A stretch of DNA of 64,000 nucleotides from Thioalkalivibrio sp. (GCF_041685615.1 NZ_JAWLFK010000001.1:17766-81765); one strand, 5' to 3'. Counted from the first letter of the stretch, positions 40,551-51,713 are shown. The notes: generated by a model not told the origin, from the sequence alone. Made by a program: numbers and translations.

Positions 40551-41819
40551 TCAGATGGCTTCCAGCTTGCGCATGCCACCCGGCAGCAGCCTCATGTCCA
40601 CCAGCGAGGTGACCAGTGCCTTGCCGAGACTGGCTTCGTCTTCATAAACCATCTTGTAGTACTGGATCTTCATGGTCAGCGCGGCCCCGAAGACGATCAT
40701 GATGAACGTCAGGAAGCCACCCAGCGCGAGCGTGGAGATACCGGTGATACCCTGACCGATGGTGCACCCCATTGCCAGGACGCCACCGAAGCCCATCAGG
40801 ATGGCGCCGATGAAGTGGTTCACGAAGTCCCGCACCGAGGCGAACCACTCGAAGCGGAACGTGCGCGTCACCAGGGCCCAGAACAGGGATCCCAGGATCA
40901 CGCCGGCCAGCGCCATCACGCCGAAGTAAAGCACGCTGCTGTCGAAACCGTTCGACACGTAACGCAAGCTCTGCCCCATCGGATTGATGAAGGTAAAGGA
41001 CTGGTTGGACCACTCGGCGTCATTGCGTGGCTCGAACGGCTCGTCACCGGTGGCCACGAAGCTCCAGTCGGCGATATAGGCCTGGGGCGTGTAGGTGTCC
41101 ATTCCATCATCAATCTGGACGTTGCTCGTCAGCCACCAGGCACCCAGCACCATCAGGCCGATCACCAGACCGCCCAGGATATTGTCGAAGCTCTTGCGGA
41201 AGTCCGCCGCCTTGAAGATCAGGGCCAGCAGCAGCACGCCGATCACCAGACCCAGCACCAGGCGGGCGGTCACGCCGTTCTCTTCACCGGCGACCAGCGT
41301 ACCCAGGTCCTGGCCCGCCGGCGTGGAAACGGCCAGCGCGGTAGTCCAGTCCATGAACAGCAGGGAGTACAGGGTGTCGGAGGTACCCGGCAGCGGGCGC
41401 ACCATGAAGTACGCGATGATCGCGATCACGATCAGCACCATCAGCGACTTGATGTTGCCGCCGCCCACGCGCACCAGCGTCTTGTTCCCGCAGCCCGAGG
41501 CGTAGGTCATGCCGATCCCGAACAGGAAGCCGCCCAGGGCGTGTTCGACCCACTGGAACTCGCTCATGCGGTAGTTCGGGAAGGATCCGTCGGCGCTCAG
41601 CACGCCGAAGAACTCGAGGATGGCCACGCCCAGCATGGCCACGGCGATCGCCAGCAGCCAGGAACGCATGCGCCCAGTATCGCCCATGTTCACCCAGTCG
41701 GAGACGGCGCCCATGGTGCAGAAGTTGGTCTTGTTCGCCACGGCTCCCATGATGAAGGCGAGAATGAACGCCCCACCGAGGAACGCCATCGCGGCGGCTG
41801 AAAAACTGGAGAATTCCAT
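40551..41819 (-). CDS. YeeE/YedE (TsuA-like) sulfur-compound transporter
   Basis: NFCTMGA, GMTYASGCG and GGVLAMGCTIGQG, giving three conserved Cys; multi-TM. Confidence 0.9.
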   Translation of the reverse strand: MEFSSFSAAAMAFLGGAFILAFIMGAVANKTNFCTMGAVSDWVNMGDTGRMRSWLLAIAVAMLGVAILEFFGVLSADGSFPNYRMSEFQWVEHALGGFLFGIGMTYASGCGNKTLVRVGGGNIKSLMVLIVIAIIAYFMVRPLPGTSDTLYSLLFMDWTTALAVSTPAGQDLGTLVAGEENGVTARLVLGLVIGVLLLALIFKAADFRKSFDNILGGLVIGLMVLGAWWLTSNVQIDDGMDTYTPQAYIADWSFVATGDEPFEPRNDAEWSNQSFTFINPMGQSLRYVSNGFDSSVLYFGVMALAGVILGSLFWALVTRTFRFEWFASVRDFVNHFIGAILMGFGGVLAMGCTIGQGITGISTLALGGFLTFIMIVFGAALTMKIQYYKMVYEDEASLGKALVTSLVDMRLLPGGMRKLEAI

Positions 41820-41969
41820 CACGTATCCTCTCGATGAAAGATTTCAGGGCAAGCCTGCACCCACGGGGTGCGCAGCATACATCGGACGCTAGACGAGATC
41901 GACCCCGTTTTCATTCCGGTCCCGGCCAGTCACCGGGCACGGGCATCCCGCCCGGGGCCTGCGGGTGGA

Positions 41970-42656
41970 TCAGTCAGTGGTGTAGCGAGTCGGATCCGGG
42001 ACACCGGCGGCGGCAAACCCCTCTCGGCGAATGCGGCAACTGTCGCAACGCCCGCAGGCGCGCCCGTCGGCGTCGGCCTGATAACAGCTGACCGTCCGGC
42101 TGTAGTCCACCCCGAGGTCACTGCCCGACCGGATGATCTCGGCCTTGGACAGGTGCATCAGCGGCGCTCGGATCTCCCAGGGCGTGCCCTCCACCCCGCT
42201 GCGGGTTGCCACCCGGGCCAGGTCGCGGAAGGCGTCGATGAAGGCCGGGCGGCAGTCCGGGTACCCGGAATAGTCCACCGCGTTGGCCCCGACATACAAG
42301 AGCCGCGCGCCCAGGGTCTCGGCCATCCCCAGCGCCAGGGCCAGGAACACCGTGTTGCGCGCCGGTACGTAGGTCACCGGGATGCCCTCGGTCGGGGTTG
42401 TGGGAACGTCGATCGCCGTGTCCGTCAGGGCAGAACCGCCAATGGCGCTTAGGTCGACGGCCACGACGCGGTGGTCCGTTACGCCCTGGTCGGCCGCGAC
42501 CCGCCGCGCGGCATCCAGTTCGGTGCGATGGCGCTGGCCATAGTCGATAGAGAGGGCATGACACTCCAGGCCTTCGGCCCGGGCCATGGCCAGGCAGGTC
42601 GCCGAGTCGAGCCCACCCGAGAGCAGCACCACCGCCGTCTCCGCGCGTTCACTCAC
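41970..42656 (-). CDS. queC: 7-cyano-7-deazaguanine synthase
   Basis: [28 protein letters not shown] and CGRCDSC motifs; GTG start at 42656. Confidence 0.96.
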   Translation of the reverse strand: MSERAETAVVLLSGGLDSATCLAMARAEGLECHALSIDYGQRHRTELDAARRVAADQGVTDHRVVAVDLSAIGGSALTDTAIDVPTTPTEGIPVTYVPARNTVFLALALGMAETLGARLLYVGANAVDYSGYPDCRPAFIDAFRDLARVATRSGVEGTPWEIRAPLMHLSKAEIIRSGSDLGVDYSRTVSCYQADADGRACGRCDSCRIRREGFAAAGVPDPTRYTTD

Positions 42657-42657
42657 C

Positions 42658-43353
42658 TCAGCGTCCCGGCTGGTCGCCCCAGAGGAGCTTGTGCAGCTGG
42701 ACCTGGAAGCGCACCGGGACACGTTCGGCCACGATCCAGTCGGCCAGGGTGCGCGGCTCCAACTCGCCGAACACCGGCGAGAACAGGACCTCGACCTCCG
42801 GGGCCAGGGCCAGACCATCCCGCTCAGCCCGGGCCCAGTCGAAGTCCTCCCGCCCGGCCAGCACGAACTTCAGCTGGTCGCCGGCCTTCAGCCGCGGGAT
42901 GTTTCCGGGCTGGTTGCGTGCGGCTTCCTGCGAGCCCGGTGCCTTCCAGTCCATCACGATCGCCACCCGGGGATCGACGCCGCCGACATCCATCGCCCCG
43001 CTGGTCTCCAGCGACACCGCAAATCCGGCATCGCACAGCGCCTCCAGCAGCGGCAGGCATCCCGGCTGCGCCAACGGCTCGCCACCGGTCACGCAGACAT
43101 GCTGGACCCCGGCACGTCCAACCCATCCCAGGACAGTCGGCAGCATCAACGCCTCGCCACCCTCAAAGGCGTATTCGCTGTCGCACCAGCGACAGCGCAA
43201 CGGGCAACCCGTGAGGCGGACGAAGGCAGTGGGCCATCCCACCTGCGACGCCTCCCCCTGAAGCGAAACAAACATCTCGCTGATTCGAAGCCGCACCGAT
43301 TCCGGGTCGACGGCTCCCGATCCCCGGGCGTCACGCAATGGGGCGGTGGTCAT
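42658..43353 (-). CDS. queE: 7-carboxy-7-deazaguanine synthase (radical SAM)
   Basis: [26 protein letters not shown] and QLHKLLW motifs. Confidence 0.96.
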   Translation of the reverse strand: MTTAPLRDARGSGAVDPESVRLRISEMFVSLQGEASQVGWPTAFVRLTGCPLRCRWCDSEYAFEGGEALMLPTVLGWVGRAGVQHVCVTGGEPLAQPGCLPLLEALCDAGFAVSLETSGAMDVGGVDPRVAIVMDWKAPGSQEAARNQPGNIPRLKAGDQLKFVLAGREDFDWARAERDGLALAPEVEVLFSPVFGELEPRTLADWIVAERVPVRFQVQLHKLLWGDQPGR

Positions 43354-44099
43354 TGGGCCTGGTCGATTCGCTGCAGGCGTTCGCGGGCCAGACGGTCCAG
43401 CGTGGTGCCGCCGTACTCGGCGCGCACCTCCTCCAGCGCCTCGCGGGCCGCGTCGAAATCCTCCAGCTCGAAATGGACGTAGCCAATCTTCAACAGGGCA
43501 TCGCCGCTCTTTTCGCTTTCGGGAAAGTCCTCGCGCAGACGCTCGAAATCCTCCAGCGCGGCCTCGAATTCCCCACTGGCGTACTTGGCCTCGGCCAGCC
43601 AGTACCAGGCGTTCGCGGCAAAACTGCCGTCCGGGTAGTCCTCGAGGAACTGCTCCAGCTTGCGCATCGCAGTGGTGTAGTCCCCGGCCATCAGGTCATC
43701 GAACGCCGTCTGATAGGCGGCCTGTTCGTCCGCGTCCGGCAGATCGAGTTCGACCACCTCGTCACGCGAAGCCGAATCCGGCACCGTGGCGCCGCTCTCG
43801 ACGGAGGCGACGCGCTCGTCCAGGTGGCGAAACTGGTCCCGCTGCCGGGTACTGAGGCGGTTCACCTCGTGGCGCAGGGTCTCCACCTCGCCGCGCAGCT
43901 CGCGCAGATCGCGGGTCAGGGACTCGGAGGCCTGCAGCAGCTCGTTCATGGCACTGGAGTCCAGCACGCGTTCGATGCGTTCCAGACGACGGTCAAGCTC
44001 GCGGATCTGCGACTGGGTCGCGAACACCGTATCGTCCTGAGCCCCGACCGTACCAGGCAACAGCACCAGCGGCGCCAGAACAAGCGACGCAACCAGCAT
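43350..44099 (-). CDS. cpoB: Tol-Pal system protein CpoB/YbgF
   Basis: Signal peptide, coiled coil and TPR region (NAWYWLAE, DALLKIG); follows pal. Confidence 0.93.
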   Translation of the reverse strand: MLVASLVLAPLVLLPGTVGAQDDTVFATQSQIRELDRRLERIERVLDSSAMNELLQASESLTRDLRELRGEVETLRHEVNRLSTRQRDQFRHLDERVASVESGATVPDSASRDEVVELDLPDADEQAAYQTAFDDLMAGDYTTAMRKLEQFLEDYPDGSFAANAWYWLAEAKYASGEFEAALEDFERLREDFPESEKSGDALLKIGYVHFELEDFDAAREALEEVRAEYGGTTLDRLARERLQRIDQAQ

Positions 44100-44140
44100 G
44101 GGCGCGGGAAGAAGGCCCGGACGTCCCGGGCGCCGAAACA

Positions 44141-44164
44141 GAAATGCCCCCGAGGGGGCATTTC
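44141..44164 (-). terminator. Hairpin downstream of pal
   Basis: gaaatgccccc-ga-gggggcatttc inverted repeat. Confidence 0.6.
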
Positions 44165-44219
44165 CGCAAGCGTTGTCGAACGGTAATTGCATCTGGATTC
44201 CGCGCTCGCTTCTCGTGGC

Positions 44220-44780
44220 TTAGCGCCGGGATTCGTAGACCAGTTCGACCCGGCGATTCTTGGCCCAGGCCTCCTCGTTCTGCTCGAAGGCCACCGGCAT
44301 CTCCTCACCATAACTGATGACCTCAAGCTGGTCATCCGAGGCGCCGTTAAGGTTCAGCACGCGGCGGACCGACTGCGCGCGACGCTCGCCCAGCGCCAGG
44401 TTGTACTCACGAGTGCCACGCTCGTCGGTATGCCCCTCCAGGCGCATGCGGGCGCCGGGATTCTCCGCCAGATAGGCCGCGTGCGCCTCCAGCATCGGCA
44501 TAAACTCGGATTTCACCTCGTCACGGTCGAAGTCGAAGTAGACCAGACGCTCGGCCAGCGGGCTGTCCGGGTCATCCAGGGCCGCCTCGTCGAACTCGCG
44601 GTCCCGCCCGAGTGCACGGGCCTCGGCCCCTTCCCCTTCCCCTTCGCGTTCGGCGCTTTCCTGTTCGGCAGCTTCGGCAGCCTCGCGCTCGGCATCCTCG
44701 GCATCACGGGTCGGCGTGGCGCAGGCCGACAGGGCCGCGATTACCACGGCGGAAAGGGTCAGGCGAAAGACGTTGTTCAT
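44220..44780 (-). CDS. pal: Peptidoglycan-associated lipoprotein
   Basis: Lipobox LSAC, YFDFD, EGHTDERGTREYNLALGERRA and NRRVE motifs. Confidence 0.97.
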   Translation of the reverse strand: MNNVFRLTLSAVVIAALSACATPTRDAEDAEREAAEAAEQESAEREGEGEGAEARALGRDREFDEAALDDPDSPLAERLVYFDFDRDEVKSEFMPMLEAHAAYLAENPGARMRLEGHTDERGTREYNLALGERRAQSVRRVLNLNGASDDQLEVISYGEEMPVAFEQNEEAWAKNRRVELVYESRR

Positions 44781-44824
44781 GGCGTTCGTTTCCTTGAGAA
44801 AAGTGACAGTCAAAGCGTTGGACA

Positions 44825-46111
44825 TCAGTTCAGGGGCGACCAGGCGGGCTCGCGCACCTCGCCTTCACGGGCGGACAGCCGCTGGTGCACCTGGCCGTCG
44901 CGGCTGACGGAGCCCAGCACGCCTCGTCCCCCGTCCGTCATGGCATACAGGATCATGCTGCCATTGGGGGCAAAGCTTGGCGATTCTGCATCCTGGCCGT
45001 CCGTGAGGCGTGTCACACGGCGATCATCGAGATCGAGACGGGCCAGCTGAAATCCGTCATCACCCCCATGCACGTACACCAGTGAACGTCCGTCCGGGGA
45101 GATCGCTGCCGCCGCCGCGTAGTCACTCTCGAAGGTGAGACGGCGTGCATTGCCGCCACTGACCGACTGAGCATAGATCTGCGGAGCGCCCGCGCGATCG
45201 GAGGTGAAATAGATCGTTTCACCGTCTGGCGACCAGACCGGCTCGGTCTCGATCGCACCAGACCGGGTGACCTGGCGCAGATCCCCGGACTCCAGGTCCA
45301 TCACGTAGATGTTGGGCGAACCGTCACGCGACAGGCTCAGCGCCAGGTGGCGGCCGTCCGGGGACCAGGCCGGCGCACTGTTGATTCCGGAAAAGCTCGC
45401 GATGCGGTTGCGCTCGCCGGTTTCCACGTTCTGGCGGAAGACCTCGGAGCGGCGGTTCTCGAACGAGACGTACACCAGCTCGCGCCCGTCCGGGGACCAT
45501 TCGGGCGACATAACCGGGTCCTCGGAACGGAACAGGGTGCGCGGGTTGGCCCCGTCGGAGTCTGCCACCTCCAGACTGAACTCGCGCGAGTCGTTCCGGC
45601 GTTCGACGCTTACAAAGGCGATGCGGGCGCTGAAGGCGCCCGGATCGCCGGTGATCTGCTCGTAGACGATATCCGACACACGATGCGCCCCGCGCCGGAG
45701 CATGTCGGCCGGCACCGGGATGCGCCAGCCGCCCAGGCGTTCCTCCGCCAGCACGTCGAATACGTGGAACTCCACGATCACGTTGTCGCCGTCGGGGCGC
45801 TTGGAGCCGACCACCAGGTATTCCATCCCGGCGTCCGCCCAGGGCTGCGCGATAAAATCGGCCGGACCCGAGGGGGGCCGCGGCAAGTCCTCGCGCTCGA
45901 CGTCGAACAGTCCACTGCGGGCCAGGTTCTGCGCCACAATCCGGCTCACGTCCTCGTCCGGTTGCCCTTCACCCTCCCAGGCGAAGGGCGCAACGGCCAC
46001 TGGAATGGCACCGGTCACCCCCTCGGTTACCGTGACTTCCAGGACGGCCTGGGCCTGCGCCGACCACAGCAGCGCCAGCCCCAGCAGCATCGCGTGAATC
46101 ATTCGTTGCAT
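44825..46111 (-). CDS. tolB: TolB
   Basis: Signal peptide, IPVAVAPF and repeated WSPDG (PD40) blades. Confidence 0.96.
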   Translation of the reverse strand: MQRMIHAMLLGLALLWSAQAQAVLEVTVTEGVTGAIPVAVAPFAWEGEGQPDEDVSRIVAQNLARSGLFDVEREDLPRPPSGPADFIAQPWADAGMEYLVVGSKRPDGDNVIVEFHVFDVLAEERLGGWRIPVPADMLRRGAHRVSDIVYEQITGDPGAFSARIAFVSVERRNDSREFSLEVADSDGANPRTLFRSEDPVMSPEWSPDGRELVYVSFENRRSEVFRQNVETGERNRIASFSGINSAPAWSPDGRHLALSLSRDGSPNIYVMDLESGDLRQVTRSGAIETEPVWSPDGETIYFTSDRAGAPQIYAQSVSGGNARRLTFESDYAAAAAISPDGRSLVYVHGGDDGFQLARLDLDDRRVTRLTDGQDAESPSFAPNGSMILYAMTDGGRGVLGSVSRDGQVHQRLSAREGEVREPAWSPLN

Positions 46112-46145
46112 GTCGTTCCTCGTTGCCCGGTGGACACCGGGTGGG

Positions 46146-47159
46146 TCAGTCGGGCTCGAAGCGGATGCGTACCCCACCGCGCGCGGTATCCGCATCCGGC
46201 GGACGCGGCAGCGACGACAGGCGGTCCATCGTCTGACGGACCGACTCGCAAAACGCGGTCCCGCCAGAGCAACTCTCGATATCGAAATCGATGATACGCC
46301 CGGTCTCGTTGACACGCACGAGAACAATGGCACGATCCGAGGGATTCAACCCCGACGGTTGCCGCCAGCGCCGCTGTACCACGGATTGCACCTGAGCACG
46401 CCATTCGTCGAGCTCCTGGTCCAGCCGGGCTTGGCGCTCCGCCTCCTCCCGCCGGGCCTGCGCCTCGGCCATGCGTTCCTGTTCACGTTCCATCGCCTCG
46501 CGGCGGCGCTGCTTCTCCAGTTCGCGCTCCTGCTCGGCGCGGCGCTCCGCCTCTTCGCGTTCCCGGCGTTCGGCCTCCTCGCGTTCGCGCCGCTCCGCTT
46601 CTTCCCGGGCCTGGCGTTCCGCCTCTTCGCGTTCCCGGCGTTCGGCCTCCTCACGCTCGCGGGCCTCCTCCGCCTCACGCCGGGCCTCTTCCGCGGCCTC
46701 GCGTTCCTGGCGAATGCGCTCGCGTTCCGCCTCGGCCTCCTCGCGTGCCCGACGGCGCTCCTCCTCCGCCTCCCGGCGGGCCTCCTCGGCCTCTTCCAGT
46801 GCCTGCTGCCGGGCACGCTCCTCCTCCTCGCGCCGGCGCTGCTCCTCGGCCCGGCGGCGCTCTTCCTCGCGCCGGGCCTGTTCCTCGGCGCGGCGGCGTT
46901 CCTCTTCGGCGCGCAGCTGCTCGGCGATCTGCTCCTGCTCGGCCACCTCGCGTTCGTGCTCGACGCGATCGAAGGTCTCGGCATCCACCGCGACCGCGTC
47001 GATCACCTCGATATCCTCCTGCACCGCGATCTCCACCGCCGCCCGGCTGGAGGTCGGCGACATCAGGCTCACGTTCAACAGCAATGCCGCGAACAGCAGC
47101 CCGTGCAGGACCAGGACGAGGAGCAAGCTGAGAGGGTGACGACGAAGGAGCTCGAACAC
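46146..47159 (-). CDS. tolA: TolA
   Basis: N-terminal TM with His, long E/R/A helical repeat and TonB-like C-terminal domain. Confidence 0.93.
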   Translation of the reverse strand: MFELLRRHPLSLLLVLVLHGLLFAALLLNVSLMSPTSSRAAVEIAVQEDIEVIDAVAVDAETFDRVEHEREVAEQEQIAEQLRAEEERRRAEEQARREEERRRAEEQRRREEEERARQQALEEAEEARREAEEERRRAREEAEAERERIRQEREAAEEARREAEEAREREEAERREREEAERQAREEAERREREEAERREREEAERRAEQERELEKQRRREAMEREQERMAEAQARREEAERQARLDQELDEWRAQVQSVVQRRWRQPSGLNPSDRAIVLVRVNETGRIIDFDIESCSGGTAFCESVRQTMDRLSSLPRPPDADTARGGVRIRFEPD

Positions 47160-47169
47160 GGCGTTCGAC

Positions 47170-47622
47170 TCAGTCCTGGTTATCGCGTGGCGGGTCGGTG
47201 ATCAGGCCAACACGGCCGCCCCCGGCGCGTTGCAGGGCGACCATCGCATCAATCACGCGACCGTAGTCCACGTTGCGGTCACCGCGCACGAAGGTCTGGG
47301 TACCCGGGTTCTCGGCGAGGAAGTCGCGCACGATCTCGGTCATTTCCTGCGGGGCCAGGGGTTCGTTCACCTGCGGGCCCTGGTTCAGGCTCATGGCACC
47401 CGTCTCGTCCACCGTGACCACCAGCGGTTCGGCCGCCTGCGGGTCCTCCTCCAGGGCCTCCGCATCGGCCTCCGGAAGATCAACCTCCACGCCCTGCTGC
47501 AGCATGGGTGCGGTGATCATGAAGATGATCAGCAAAACCAGCATCACGTCGATGAACGGCACGACGTTGATCTGCGACATGGGCCGCCGCAGTCGGCGGC
47601 TGTTGCGACGCGACTCGGCCAT
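47170..47622 (-). CDS. tolR: TolR
   Basis: INVVPFIDVMLVLLIIFMITAP motif. Confidence 0.96.
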   Translation of the reverse strand: MAESRRNSRRLRRPMSQINVVPFIDVMLVLLIIFMITAPMLQQGVEVDLPEADAEALEEDPQAAEPLVVTVDETGAMSLNQGPQVNEPLAPQEMTEIVRDFLAENPGTQTFVRGDRNVDYGRVIDAMVALQRAGGGRVGLITDPPRDNQD

Positions 47623-47625
47623 GGC

Positions 47626-48318
47626 TCAGGCCGGCGTCCCGGTGGCGCCCTCGGCGGGTCTACCCGCGCCCTGGCGGTTCAGCAAGGCCACGAACTCGTC
47701 ACTAAAGTTCTCGAGCCGCGCGGCCACGCGATCGACGTCCCCGGCGAAGCGGTTATAGGCAATCACCGCGGGGATGGCCGCGAACAGGCCCAGGGCGGTG
47801 GCGATCAGGGCCTCGGCAATCCCCGGTGCGACCATCGCCAGCGTGGCCTGCTGCACCCCGGACAGCCCGAGAAAGGCGTGCATGATGCCCCACACCGTCC
47901 CGAACAACCCGATGTAGGGGCTGGTCGAGCCGACGGTGGCCAGGAACTGCAGATAGCGTTCCATCTCGTCGGTCTCGCGCGCGATGGCCACGCGCATTGC
48001 GCGGTGGGCGGGCTCTCCCGGGGACATGCCGTGCTGCCGGGCGCGCAGGAACTCCTTGAAGCCGGAGGAGAACACATGCTCCATGCCGGACATCTCGGCC
48101 TTGCGGCGCACCCCCTCGTACAGGTGCGAGAGGTCCGCACCCGACCAGAAACGCTCCTCGAACTCATCACTGGCGCGCCGGGCCCCCTTTAACGAGCGTG
48201 CCTTGATGATGATAACCAGCCAGGAGAGTACCGAGGCGATCACCAGGATCACCATGACCAGCTGCACGATCAGACTCGCGTCCATGATCAGCTGGTACAT
48301 CGAAAAGTCGACTGTCAC
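47626..48318 (-). CDS. tolQ: TolQ
   Basis: LATVGSTSPYIGLFGTVWGIM and APGIAEALIATALGLFAAIPAV motifs. Confidence 0.97.
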   Translation of the reverse strand: MTVDFSMYQLIMDASLIVQLVMVILVIASVLSWLVIIIKARSLKGARRASDEFEERFWSGADLSHLYEGVRRKAEMSGMEHVFSSGFKEFLRARQHGMSPGEPAHRAMRVAIARETDEMERYLQFLATVGSTSPYIGLFGTVWGIMHAFLGLSGVQQATLAMVAPGIAEALIATALGLFAAIPAVIAYNRFAGDVDRVAARLENFSDEFVALLNRQGAGRPAEGATGTPA

Positions 48319-48332
48319 TTGTCCATCTCCCG

Positions 48333-48752
48333 TTATGCCTTTGTTCCTTCCGCCGCACGCATCGCGCGCGCCACGTTGTCGGGGATCGCCACTGGTGCCT
48401 GCCGGGCGACATCGACGCAGGCAATGGCCACCTCGCCGGTCACCAGCGTCGTCGCCTCGCGGTGCACTGCTTGCTCGAACTCGACGCTGGCGCGGCGCAG
48501 GCGCCGTACCCGGCAGGTCACCGTCAGAGCCTCGTTGAAATGTGCAGGGCGCTGCATCTCCACAGCCAGACGCCGCACGGCGAACACAATTCCATATTCG
48601 GCCCGCAGCCGGTCCTGCTCAAAGCCCAGGGCGCGCAGCCATTCGGTCCGTACGCGTTCCATAAACTTCAAGTAATTCGCGTGGTAGACCACACCACCCG
48701 CGTCGGTATCCTCGTAGTACACCCGCACCGGCCATTCGAATGTCGCGGTCAT
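48333..48752 (-). CDS. ybgC: Tol-Pal associated acyl-CoA thioesterase
   Basis: [25 protein letters not shown] motif. Confidence 0.96.
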   Translation of the reverse strand: MTATFEWPVRVYYEDTDAGGVVYHANYLKFMERVRTEWLRALGFEQDRLRAEYGIVFAVRRLAVEMQRPAHFNEALTVTCRVRRLRRASVEFEQAVHREATTLVTGEVAIACVDVARQAPVAIPDNVARAMRAAEGTKA

Positions 48753-49792
48753 GGCTGGCGCGAGCCCTCCGCCGCGGGCGTCAGAAGATCGCCCTCGTCC
48801 ATCCGGGTCAGACCGAACATCGCCAGTGTGCGCCGGGTCGCCTGGCGCCCGCGCGGGGTCCGCTGCAGGTAGCCCTGCTGAATCAGGAAGGGTTCGACCA
48901 CATCCTCCAGCGTGCCGCGGTCCTCGTTCATCGCCGTGGCCAGGCTCTCGACCCCGACCGGGCCGCCGTCAAACTTCTCCACCAGCACTTCCAGCAGGCG
49001 GCGGTCCTGGGCATCCAGCCCCGAGGTGTCGATCGCCAGCAGGTCCAGCGCCTGTGCGGCCACCTCGTGCGTCACCACGCCGTCGGCCCGCACCTGGGCG
49101 AAATCCCGCACCCGCCGCAGCAGGCGATTGGCCAGGCGGGGCGTCCCGCGCCCGCGTCGCGCGATCTCCGCCGCACCCTCGGCCTCGATCCCCACACCCA
49201 GCAGACCGGCCGCGCGATCCACAATATGTGCGAGATCCGTGACAGTGTAATGATCGAGACGCTGCACGATACCGAACCGGTCACGTAACGGGGCCGAGAG
49301 CAGCCCCGCGCGGGTGGTCGCGCCCACCAGCGTGAACGGAGGCAGGTCCACCTTGATCGAACGCGCGGCCGGGCCCTCGCCGATCACGATGTCCAGCTGG
49401 CCGTCTTCCAGCGCGGGGTACAGAATCTCCTCCACCACCGTCGGCAGGCGGTGGATCTCGTCGACGAACAGGACATCGCGCGGCTCGAGCGCGGTCAGAA
49501 TAGCGGCGAGATCGCCGGCGCGCTCCAGCACCGGACCAGAGGTCTGGCGCAGACCCACACCCAACTCGTTGGCCACGATGTGCGCGAGGGTAGTCTTGCC
49601 CAGACCGGGCGGGCCGGCCACCAGGGTGTGATCCAGGGCCTCGTCGCGGCGGCGTGCGGCCTCGATGAACAGCCCCAGCTGCTCGACCACGCGGGGCTGG
49701 CCGGTGTAGTCCGCGAGCCGCTTCGGGCGCAGGCTGACCTCCGCCCGCTCTTCCTCGGACCGACTCTGCATATCCACCAGACGTGATTCCAT
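48749..49792 (-). CDS. ruvB: Holliday junction helicase RuvB
   Basis: [27 protein letters not shown] and TPRGR motifs; start at ATG 49792. Confidence 0.97.
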   Translation of the reverse strand: MESRLVDMQSRSEEERAEVSLRPKRLADYTGQPRVVEQLGLFIEAARRRDEALDHTLVAGPPGLGKTTLAHIVANELGVGLRQTSGPVLERAGDLAAILTALEPRDVLFVDEIHRLPTVVEEILYPALEDGQLDIVIGEGPAARSIKVDLPPFTLVGATTRAGLLSAPLRDRFGIVQRLDHYTVTDLAHIVDRAAGLLGVGIEAEGAAEIARRGRGTPRLANRLLRRVRDFAQVRADGVVTHEVAAQALDLLAIDTSGLDAQDRRLLEVLVEKFDGGPVGVESLATAMNEDRGTLEDVVEPFLIQQGYLQRTPRGRQATRRTLAMFGLTRMDEGDLLTPAAEGSRQP

Positions 49793-49883
49793 AGCCCCGC
49801 AGTATGCATCGCCACCGGTGCCGTTTACAGGGCCATCCGGCAGGTTTTCGGACCCATGCCCGCGGGCGCGGGCGCGTTGCGGC

Positions 49884-50777
49884 TCAGGTGCCCGGGAGAT
49901 CACGGGCGTGGACCAGGAACACCCCGTGCCCGCCAGCCTCGAACTCCAGCCAGATCAGCGGCAGATCCGGGAAGGCCGCCTCCACCGCTGGCTGGCTGTT
50001 GCCGACCTCGACGATCAACACACCGTCGTCGGTCAGATGCTCGCGGGCGCCGGCCAGGATGCGCCGCACGATATCCAGACCGTCACCGCCGGCGGCCAGC
50101 CCCAGTGGCGGCTCGTGGCGGTATTCATCCGGTAGCGCCGCCATGTCCCCGGCATCGACATACGGCGGATTGGACACGATCAGCTCGTAGCGATCCCCCG
50201 GCTCCATCCCGTCGAACACGTCGGACTGCAGCGCGCTCACCCGATCGCCCACCTGGTGGCGTTCGATGTTGATATGCGCCACGGCCAATGCATCCGTCGA
50301 GATATCCGCCAGATCCACCCGCGCCTGCGGCATGGCCAGGGCCATCGCGATCCCGATGCACCCGCCCCCGGTGCACAGATCCAGCGCGCGGGTCACGGCA
50401 TCGGGGTCGACCCAGGGCTCGAAGCCCGCGGCAATCAGTTCCGCCAGCGGCGAGCGCGGCACCAGTACGCGCTCGTCGACATAGAACGGCAAGCCAGCGA
50501 ACCAGGCCTCGCGGGTCAGGTAAGCGGCGGGCTTGCGCGTCGCGACACGCTCGCGCAACACGGCCACCACGCGCGTGCGCTCGGCCTCGCTCAGGCGCGA
50601 TTCCCACCACGACTCGGGCAGGTCCAGCGGCAGATGCAGGGTGTGCAGCACCAGCCAGGCCGCCTCGTCGAAGGCATTGTCGGTCCCGTGCCCGAAGCTC
50701 AGGCCGGCCCCGCGAAACTGGCTGGCGCCGAAGCGAATGAAGTCGCGCAGGGTGCGCAATCCGGTGGTCGAATCCAT
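49884..50777 (-). CDS. prmB: L3 glutamine N5-methyltransferase
   Basis: [34 protein letters not shown] and EVGNS motifs. Confidence 0.96.
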   Translation of the reverse strand: MDSTTGLRTLRDFIRFGASQFRGAGLSFGHGTDNAFDEAAWLVLHTLHLPLDLPESWWESRLSEAERTRVVAVLRERVATRKPAAYLTREAWFAGLPFYVDERVLVPRSPLAELIAAGFEPWVDPDAVTRALDLCTGGGCIGIAMALAMPQARVDLADISTDALAVAHINIERHQVGDRVSALQSDVFDGMEPGDRYELIVSNPPYVDAGDMAALPDEYRHEPPLGLAAGGDGLDIVRRILAGAREHLTDDGVLIVEVGNSQPAVEAAFPDLPLIWLEFEAGGHGVFLVHARDLPGT

Positions 50778-50854
50778 GCCCGGTCTTTCCGTTGCGTGCG
50801 AGGGCGGTCATCATACCGCCTCGGCCTGTACGCCACCCACCCCTCGGACACCGC

Positions 50855-51709
50855 ATGAGCAAGATCGACCCCTGGCTGGCACGCCTGTCGCACCTGCTGC
50901 CCCAACACGCCCTTTCACGCGTCGTGCACCGGCTGGCGCGCATCGAGTCGCCGCGGCTGCAACCGCTGCTGCACGCCTTCGTGCGCCGCTTCGGCCTGAA
51001 CATGAACGAGGCCGCCCAGCCGGACCTGACCGCCTATTCCAGCTTCAACGCCCTGTTCACTCGCGCCCTGCGCGACGAGGCGCGGCCACTGGAGGGGGAT
51101 GCGAATACCCTGGTCAGCCCGGCCGATTCCCGGGTCAGCGCCGCCGGGCGCATCGAGGCCGGACAGATCTTCCAGGCCAAGGGGCATCACTACACGGTCC
51201 GGGAACTGCTTGGCGGGGAAGGCGAACTCGCGGAGGCCTTCCGCCACGGGCACTTCGTGACCCTCTACCTGTCACCGCGCCACTACCACCGACTGCACAT
51301 GCCGCTGACGGGAACCCTGACCCACATGATCCATGTGCCGGGGCGGCTGTTCTCGGTTTCCCCGCGCATCGTGCGTCACGTGCCGCGGCTGTACGCCCGC
51401 AACGAACGGGTTATCGCCTGCTTCGACACACCGATAGGGCCGACGGCCATGGCGCTGATCGGGGCCCAGAACGTCGGTTCCATCGAGACCGTCTGGGCCG
51501 GAGAGGTCACCCCGCCGCATGGCCGCGAGATCAGCGTGAGCGAGTATCCCGACCGCGACGTCACCCTGGAACGCGGCGCGGAGATGGGGCGCTTCAACCT
51601 GGGCTCGTCAGTCGTGCTGCTGTTGCCGAAACATCCGCTGCAGCTCGCGGACCACCTGACGCCGGAGACCGAGGTCCAGGTCCGCTCGGCCCTGGGGCAG
51701 TTTTACTGA
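50855..51709 (+). CDS. psd: Phosphatidylserine decarboxylase proenzyme
   Basis: FNALFTR, YLSPRHYHRLHMP, RNERV and GRFNLGSS (pyruvoyl site) motifs. Confidence 0.95.
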   Translation: MSKIDPWLARLSHLLPQHALSRVVHRLARIESPRLQPLLHAFVRRFGLNMNEAAQPDLTAYSSFNALFTRALRDEARPLEGDANTLVSPADSRVSAAGRIEAGQIFQAKGHHYTVRELLGGEGELAEAFRHGHFVTLYLSPRHYHRLHMPLTGTLTHMIHVPGRLFSVSPRIVRHVPRLYARNERVIACFDTPIGPTAMALIGAQNVGSIETVWAGEVTPPHGREISVSEYPDRDVTLERGAEMGRFNLGSSVVLLLPKHPLQLADHLTPETEVQVRSALGQFY

Positions 51710-51713
51710 GATT

